64,000 nt of DNA from a virus: the IMG/VR virus record IMGVR_UViG_3300020045_002743, positions 27,263 to 91,262 of that record; one strand, 5' to 3'. Shown one piece after another: positions 57,822-64,000 of this stretch. The position numbers and the translations under genes are program-made. The first letter of the stretch is position 1. Every line of letters begins with the position of its first letter. Under the pieces are notes generated by a model. That model was not told where the DNA came from. It did not search any database and worked only from the letters and a program-made list of their open reading frames with translations.

Positions 57822-58082
57822 TTACTTCCTATCCCCGATGTTCTTAATCCCGTTTATAATAGTCTGTGCAGCAGCTTCCCAATTATCTCCCTCAACCACC
57901 TCATCAATATAGCCTTGTGAGAGAAGATAGTTGAAAACCTCTTGATGAACATAGTAGTGTTCCCAACATTGTTTTTGAATTTCTTTAGCCTCTTCATGCA
58001 GACTAAAGAACATCTCGTCATCCAGACCACCACGCTCAACAAGATTGTGGATTTCTTCTTCATTCATGTCTAGGTAGCTCAT
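57822..58082 (-). CDS. hypothetical protein
   Basis: AGGAG RBS. Confidence 0.55.
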   Translation of the reverse strand: MSYLDMNEEEIHNLVERGGLDDEMFFSLHEEAKEIQKQCWEHYYVHQEVFNYLLSQGYIDEVVEGDNWEAAAQTIINGIKNIGDRK

Positions 58083-58085
58083 TAT

Positions 58086-58445
58086 TTATTCTCCTGCACA
58101 AAGTTTACTAATCAATGACTGTACAAACTTGTCAGCTTCTCTTGAGTCAAATTTAGAATCCTCTACATAGCCGTCTTCATCATACGTAACAGATCCTTCA
58201 ATAGCTCCGGCCTCAACCAGCGCATATATCACTGGGTAATACCAGCAACTGTTACCAAAGGGACGTTTACCACTAAACCCTTCTGGATCATACCACAATT
58301 TAGCTAACATTTCTCGGAAGAATTCCCTAATAGCTACATCCCGATTCAAACTAATATTGTCATGGAATACGATGTCTAACCACTTACCCTCAGCAGCCTT
58401 TGGGGGTGCTTTGATATATTTTTCACCATCAATAATCACTTCCAT
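58086..58445 (-). CDS. hypothetical protein with EGFSGKRPFGNS motif
   Basis: GAGGAGAG RBS; paralog of 49860 ORF. Confidence 0.65.
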   Translation of the reverse strand: MEVIIDGEKYIKAPPKAAEGKWLDIVFHDNISLNRDVAIREFFREMLAKLWYDPEGFSGKRPFGNSCWYYPVIYALVEAGAIEGSVTYDEDGYVEDSKFDSREADKFVQSLISKLCAGE

Positions 58446-58484
58446 CACATCTCTCCTCATCAATTAATTTCAATAGGATCAATA

Positions 58485-58513
58485 ATAATACTCGTAAAAT
58501 TCTGTGCAGTCAA
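58485..58513 (-). promoter_or_regulatory. sigma70-like promoter
   Basis: TTGACT-17-TATTAT. Confidence 0.6.
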
Positions 58514-58518
58514 GTCAA

Positions 58519-58767
58519 TCAGAGCCAGTCCTCAGAGATATCACCAAAAGTAAAGTGACCTACTTCGTGCAGTTCCTTCAGGGCTTCACTGATTACATAA
58601 GCGCGATAGCTGCCACTATGATGGCCTTCGTCTAACAAGAACAATTGGATAGCAGAAGATTTCAAAGCCTCTGGTAGATTCATGCTAGCCTCTTTTGCAT
58701 AAGGAGTCAATTCAAGCACTTTAGACCAAACATATTCTCTTGACCATTTCATTTTCTGTTCCCCCAT
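58519..58767 (-). CDS. hypothetical protein
   Basis: 82-aa ORF after promoter. Confidence 0.5.
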   Translation of the reverse strand: MGEQKMKWSREYVWSKVLELTPYAKEASMNLPEALKSSAIQLFLLDEGHHSGSYRAYVISEALKELHEVGHFTFGDISEDWL

Positions 58768-58791
58768 TAGGTTTGTGTTTCGTTGAGACCA

Positions 58792-58883
58792 AGATTACAC
58801 CCCATCCCCACACCTGTCAACAGTCTATGCAAAATAATTTCTCTAAATTTCCCCTTGACTCCTCTGGATTTGTTGGGTAATAT
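58792..58883. promoter_or_regulatory. back-to-back divergent sigma70-like promoters
   Basis: Minus TTGACA-17-TAATCT (58820-58792); plus TTGACT-17-TAATAT (58855-58883). Confidence 0.7.
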
Positions 58884-59090
58884 GAGGGCTGTTGGATAAA
58901 TTGATGAGGAGATTGGTATGAAAAGTGTTTATATTTTATGGCAACGTAATGGATGGGTTGAAGCTGATTGGCGAGTACTTTCTCTGTATTCTTGTCTTGA
59001 ATCTGCTAGAACTGCTCTACAAGCTATGCAGAAAATTTACCCAGAAGATAAAGGTTTTGAACACAAATCAACCGAAATGAGGGTTCAGCC

Positions 59091-59483
59091 GTGATTGAAG
59101 CAATCGTAGAAGTGTGGTGTTCACCTCTTCGTCAAGAAGATTATTCTATAAAGATTATCCCTCTTTGTGCTGGGGATTTGTTCAACGTAGAGGATGATAT
59201 TAGAGACTATATCAATTGGGATTTCTATCTGAATACTTTTGGTGTGGATTATCTTGAGGTTAAAGGTCTGTGGAAGGTTGTGTTTAAGATTAGTGTAAGT
59301 TATTCCACTTATTACACATATGATGGTCCTGATGATGACGTAGATATTGGGCAAGAGACTTTGTTCAAAGGTCAGTGTCAAGAGTGGGTAGAAATGAAAT
59401 ACACTTGGCTTGAATTGAATGGTAAGATTGATGAGTATTTTAGTAAGCCTTGGAAGAAACACTTAGGACTTTATGAGAAATAA
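59091..59483 (+). CDS. hypothetical protein
   Basis: 130-aa ORF, GTG start, GAGG RBS. Confidence 0.6.
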   Translation: MIEAIVEVWCSPLRQEDYSIKIIPLCAGDLFNVEDDIRDYINWDFYLNTFGVDYLEVKGLWKVVFKISVSYSTYYTYDGPDDDVDIGQETLFKGQCQEWVEMKYTWLELNGKIDEYFSKPWKKHLGLYEK

Positions 59484-59589
59484 ACGCTGCAAGCCTTATG
59501 ATACGTGGTCTGTAGCTTAAAATGCTTGACTATCTTACAACATTACTATACTACTAATATTACTACATCTTCAAAGGAGGTTAAAGAGA

Positions 59590-60963
59590 TTGATATTAAA
59601 GCTATGGACTATGAATAAAGAAGAGAGAAAGAATGTATTTACCTTATGTACTCACTTTAACATCCACTACAACAAGACAAAGAAATACAAACATGTACAA
59701 GAGGAAATAGAGAATCATATAGGTTCTGGATACGCAAAAGAGATATGGTGTTTGGTCACTAACACAGCAAGAGCATTAAAATATGGTGCTTTAGGTTTGT
59801 GTATTCCTCGTGATTTCTTACCATACAAAGCTAATGCACAGACAATTCGTCACAGGAAGATGATTTCTCTTGTTGACAAGCTATCAGATTTAGGTTATCT
59901 TGTCTCTTATATTGGTGGTATTACGGACTGGAAAGAAATGGATGCTGTCAGTAGTCGTACATTGTTTACAGAAAAGTACTTGTCATTGTGGCAAGGAGTA
60001 GACGTTTCTGATGAAACTGACATCGTGAATGTTGTTGAGATTAAAGATCGTGTAAGCAAAGAGATTAAAAGTAACAGAGGTTTCACAGGAATTAAAGACA
60101 TTAGGCAGCAGATGACGACATTTAATGATCTTTTGTCTGAGGTCGAGATTGAGCACGAAGGTAAGATTCTACCTATACAAATGTATAAAAGATCATTTAT
60201 TGATAGTTTAACTTTAGGTGGTCGCATGTATAACACAACTGGTGGAGTACAAACCTTGAGTCAAGAGGAGAGAGCTGAATTGAAACTTAATGGTAAAAAT
60301 GTTGTGGAATTGGATTTCAAAGCTATGCATGCCTCTTTGTTGTATGAACGTGAGTGGCAAGCTGAACAAGAAAGCCTTGAGATGTGGATAGCAACAGAGT
60401 GGAACGGTGAGTATAATCCTTACGGTGCAGACCTATCGTTCCTGAATGTAGACCAAAATAAGATTGAATGGTTTAAACGTGTATACAATAAACCTAAGTA
60501 TGATCCTGTGAGGAACTTGCAGAAACGAGTTGTAATGATTGCATTGAATGCTAAGTCATATCCAAAGACTTGTGCGAACATAACCACTCACTATAAGAAT
60601 GACTACGATAAGCGAGACACAGAACAAGAGTGTGATTGCCTATACTTTGGTATTGAGCCTGATTTTGATGATAAAGGAGAACTTGAGTTCCGCAGTGGTC
60701 ACTCTGTGCAGGCTGTTGCCTATCACAACAGTCCAATTGCTAAGTATTTTTTCAAAGACCAGGGCGTTCATCTTCAATATATTGATAGTGAGATTCTATC
60801 AGATGTGCTTAGTAAATTGATTATGCAAGGCGAGGTATTGCTTCCTGAGCACGATTCTGTTATTGTGCTTGAAGAGTTGGAAGGTGTTGCGCTACAATAC
60901 ATGAAAGACGCTTATCACAAAGTTATGGGCTCAAGTAAATTCTGCTATGTGGAGAAGAAATAA
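59590..60963 (+). CDS. minimal Pol A-superfamily polymerase (TV-Pol / T7-RNAP-palm-like)
   Basis: GGRMY, motif A VELDF..MH, motif B RNLQK, LQ..DS, motif C HDS; AAGGAGG RBS, TTG start. Confidence 0.7.
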   Translation: MILKLWTMNKEERKNVFTLCTHFNIHYNKTKKYKHVQEEIENHIGSGYAKEIWCLVTNTARALKYGALGLCIPRDFLPYKANAQTIRHRKMISLVDKLSDLGYLVSYIGGITDWKEMDAVSSRTLFTEKYLSLWQGVDVSDETDIVNVVEIKDRVSKEIKSNRGFTGIKDIRQQMTTFNDLLSEVEIEHEGKILPIQMYKRSFIDSLTLGGRMYNTTGGVQTLSQEERAELKLNGKNVVELDFKAMHASLLYEREWQAEQESLEMWIATEWNGEYNPYGADLSFLNVDQNKIEWFKRVYNKPKYDPVRNLQKRVVMIALNAKSYPKTCANITTHYKNDYDKRDTEQECDCLYFGIEPDFDDKGELEFRSGHSVQAVAYHNSPIAKYFFKDQGVHLQYIDSEILSDVLSKLIMQGEVLLPEHDSVIVLEELEGVALQYMKDAYHKVMGSSKFCYVEKK

Positions 60964-63961
60964 TGAACACCCAACAACTAAAACAATTTGACGAATCCTA
61001 CCAATGGTGGGCTGACTTTCTAGCTGCTCGTCGGGAAGCTATCCATGCTATGCACCGTCTAGGTAAATCGTTTGAAGAGATTCAATTCGCTTTAAGTCTT
61101 ACCTATCCAGAACATGCTAAGGCTATTTGGACTGGTACAAGATCTATTCATGAGGAAGAATAAATGATTCACACAATCAGCATTAAAATTACACCACTAT
61201 GCACAGCTTGTGGTAAAGAGCTACAGACATCAGGTCTTGAAGCTAAGCCAACTGGTCACCCGTTTGAAAGAGATTATCCAGAAGACAGGACTGAACAGAG
61301 GTTGTATGTCTATGCTTATCAAGAATGTTTTGTTTTTAAGGGAGATTTATAGAAATGGAAGAGTTTTATGTATTACTCACAACTCAAAATGGTCTTGTAG
61401 ATGTTATTGAAACAGATTTTGGTAAAATAGTTATGAGCAAGAAAGGGGCCGACGAGGAGTTGAAGCTTTGTAAAAAGAATTACCCTTCTCTGAATGCAAT
61501 TATCAAGAAACTTTCAGATGTTGATAAAGGAGCAGTTAAATGAACATCAAATCAGTGTGGATTGATAAGTTTCAAGAACGTCTCTGGGGACACCACACCT
61601 GTGATTGGGATGCAGGTAATCGATATCCAGATTACCCTTATCAACTTGCTGTGGCTTACTTTGATTGGAATGGTAATGAACCCGCATACACAGTTGAAGA
61701 AGCTTTTCAACGTTACTTGGACAGCGATAAATGATCACAACCTTATGGGCAACGGGCTTTATCCTATTTGTATTCTCACTAATCCTTACACAAATTAGTG
61801 ACCTACCAAGCTCTTTCAGGTCATACCACAAATGGGAAGCCAGAGCATTGACAAGCATGATTCTTGCTGTGTTATGCTTTGGTACAGCGATGTACGCCAC
61901 ATCACAGGAGAAAGCCAGTGAACCAAGTAACTCTATACACAACACAAAAGAAGTTTGTCCAATCTTATGACATGCGAACTATTCCACAATGTCATTATCC
62001 AGCAATCCAAGATTTGATTCCTGTGCGTGGATCATCAGCACTTCTAGACAAGCAAGAGATTCAAACTGATCATCTCCCTGTAGAACGTTTTATGTGGGCA
62101 AATGACAATGGTATTTATCGAGAAGTGTTTGCAGCTTTTGACAGAGAGTTGCTTGAGCTTATTGGATGCTCTCAAGAGAAATTCAAACGTGATGTTAATA
62201 ATGCTGTAGATAGGCGTGTAAATCAAGAATATTCTGATTACTTAGTGGTAAAATCCACCCTAGAAACCTTGCAAAGTTATTCTCTATGGGATAGACTGTG
62301 TTGGTCAATTAAACGTATTTGGGAGGTGTGAAATGAACGGATCAAATATCTGTGTAAGTGTTGAATTTCTTGCAGGAACATCTATCGAGGGCGCTGTACA
62401 AGAAGCAGTAGAGAAGTGTAAACTCTGGCAAGTAGGATATGTCAAATTCAATTTCAACGGTGTAAATATGTCAGTAAAAGGCAACACGAATGTTGATCTT
62501 GCTGTGGTTAAGTGGAATGAATCCATGAACTCTCAAAACAAACATAAGTTTGTAGTGGTTTAAATGACAAACATATCCCTATGCGAAGGTACCTCCTGCC
62601 TCGTAAAACACAAATGTCAACGCTACCTACAAACCCCTCTTGTGAAATATCAGAGTTACTTATGCATGATTGTAGCTTGTAAAGATATGAACGAGAGTGG
62701 GTGTAAATTCTTTATAGAGAGTGAGGAGAAATTAAATGTTACCTAATTTGCCGCTAGACGTAAATAACAAACAGATACGAGAAGGTGACACTGTTGTGTT
62801 TGGTGCTGACAATGGTTCTTATCTTCACGTAGGGAAGGTTTTCAAAATCACTCCATGTTTTGTGTGGATGAAGCTCCCTTATCCATTTGATTCTGATAAT
62901 TTCCGGAGGGAGTTTCGTAGAGTAGCTGTGTTAAAAGATTGAAGAATAACCCTTGACACACCCCTAAAAACCACCTAAGCTATCCCTACACACAGAATAT
63001 TGAGGAGAGATGTTATGAACTTATCAGACTATGTTCTAGAAAACCTACAGTTAAAGCAAGAGTTGGACGAACTTCGTTGGGCCATCATAGAAGCTGTTGA
63101 ATCCTATGAACGTTTTGGGGAAGTATGCAATTTTGATAGTCAACCTCTTATATATGCACAGGTTTTACTTGACCTTCAGGAGAAACTGAAATGAAAACTC
63201 CACGTAAATCAGCCACAGTATCCGTCAAAGCATCTCAACAACAAATCCTAGACGCACAGAAGTGGAATGAATTCGTTACACATTGCCAAGTAAAATGGGA
63301 AAATCTTTCACCAGCTTGGCAAGAGTTCTATTACAATATGGGCGAGACAACCGCTTCTACAGAGTTATTGAACGAATCTATTAGCAAAGCTATTGAAGGG
63401 GATAAGGAATGAACATTGACCTAGGGTGGCTTGGTAAAGTTGTACTGGAAGAACTTGAAACACCTTGGCTTGAATCAGACCACGGAAAAGTTTTCGAAAT
63501 TACACACGATGGATACACAGAATCAGGTATCCGTGTTCATGCTGTCCTTGATAGACACACTCATCGAACTTACCCAACAGTGTGGAATAACGCTATCTTG
63601 ATTAAGGATTGGATGCAATGAACCAACAAGAGATTGTCCTTGAACACACGGATACAGAAGCTTATCGTTATGATGATTCTGTTGTAATCTACTGGACAAA
63701 CGAAGAACATCCACTATACTTATCCAAGAAAGATTTACAAAACATGTTGGGTTTATTTGAAGAGGATTAATCATGAACATCCTACAATTACGTGACACAC
63801 TTCGCCAAGCAGAGCAAGCTTACACTAAAGCTAAAACTAGCTTGGACGGGAGTATTGAACTAATCAATGCAAAATCAGCTTTGAAAGATGCAAGATTTAA
63901 TTATGCAGAGGCTTGCCAAGATCTTGTTGAGGAAATGATAATGATGGGAGAATTGAAATGA
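60963..63961 (+). other. run of ~13 small coupled early hypothetical ORFs
   Basis: 60963-61163, 61164-61352, 61355-61543, 61540-61734, 61731-61970, ~61972-62331, 62333-62563, 62564-62746, 62736-62942, 63000-63194, 63191-63412, 63409-63621, 63773-63961; tight coupling and GGAG RBSs. Confidence 0.65.
62953..62981 (+). promoter_or_regulatory. sigma70-like promoter
   Basis: TTGACA-17-TAAGCT. Confidence 0.6.
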
Positions 63962-64000
63962 ATTGGTTTAATATTAAAGAGGACGGTATTCCTGATTGGT

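Overview
A 64-kb segment of a lytic, contractile-tailed (myovirus) dsDNA phage. Gene order and protein motifs resemble Felix O1/PAK_P1-type phages; a Pseudomonas-like gammaproteobacterial host is an inference. From left to right: leftward small early ORFs; a divergent promoter region; a ~2.5-kb RNA-rich block (4 tRNAs, several structured non-tRNA elements and a probable TerS); an accessory fibre cassette; the terminase-portal-protease-capsid-neck-sheath-tube-TMP-baseplate-fibre-lysis operon (+); a leftward nucleotide-metabolism and replication block (nrdB, nrdA, thyX, nucleases, SSB, family A DNA polymerase, primase-helicase); then rightward early genes including a minimal Pol A-superfamily polymerase. 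Five free-standing HNH-type endonucleases are interspersed. Most unusual signals: (1) a three-hairpin RNA in the tRNA transcript whose loops all display anti-Shine-Dalgarno UCUCCU sequences, complementary to the AGGAGAG RBS of many of this phage's early/middle genes; (2) two stand-alone mini-proteins outside the structural operon that copy adjacent parts of the phage's own baseplate wedge protein; (3) an apparent endolysin swap (truncated DUF3380-type stub followed by promoter + HNH + GH24 lysozyme); (4) CCA-ended tRNA-like non-tRNAs and a ~300-nt promoter-driven structured RNA. All alignments and folds were done by eye; no searches were run.
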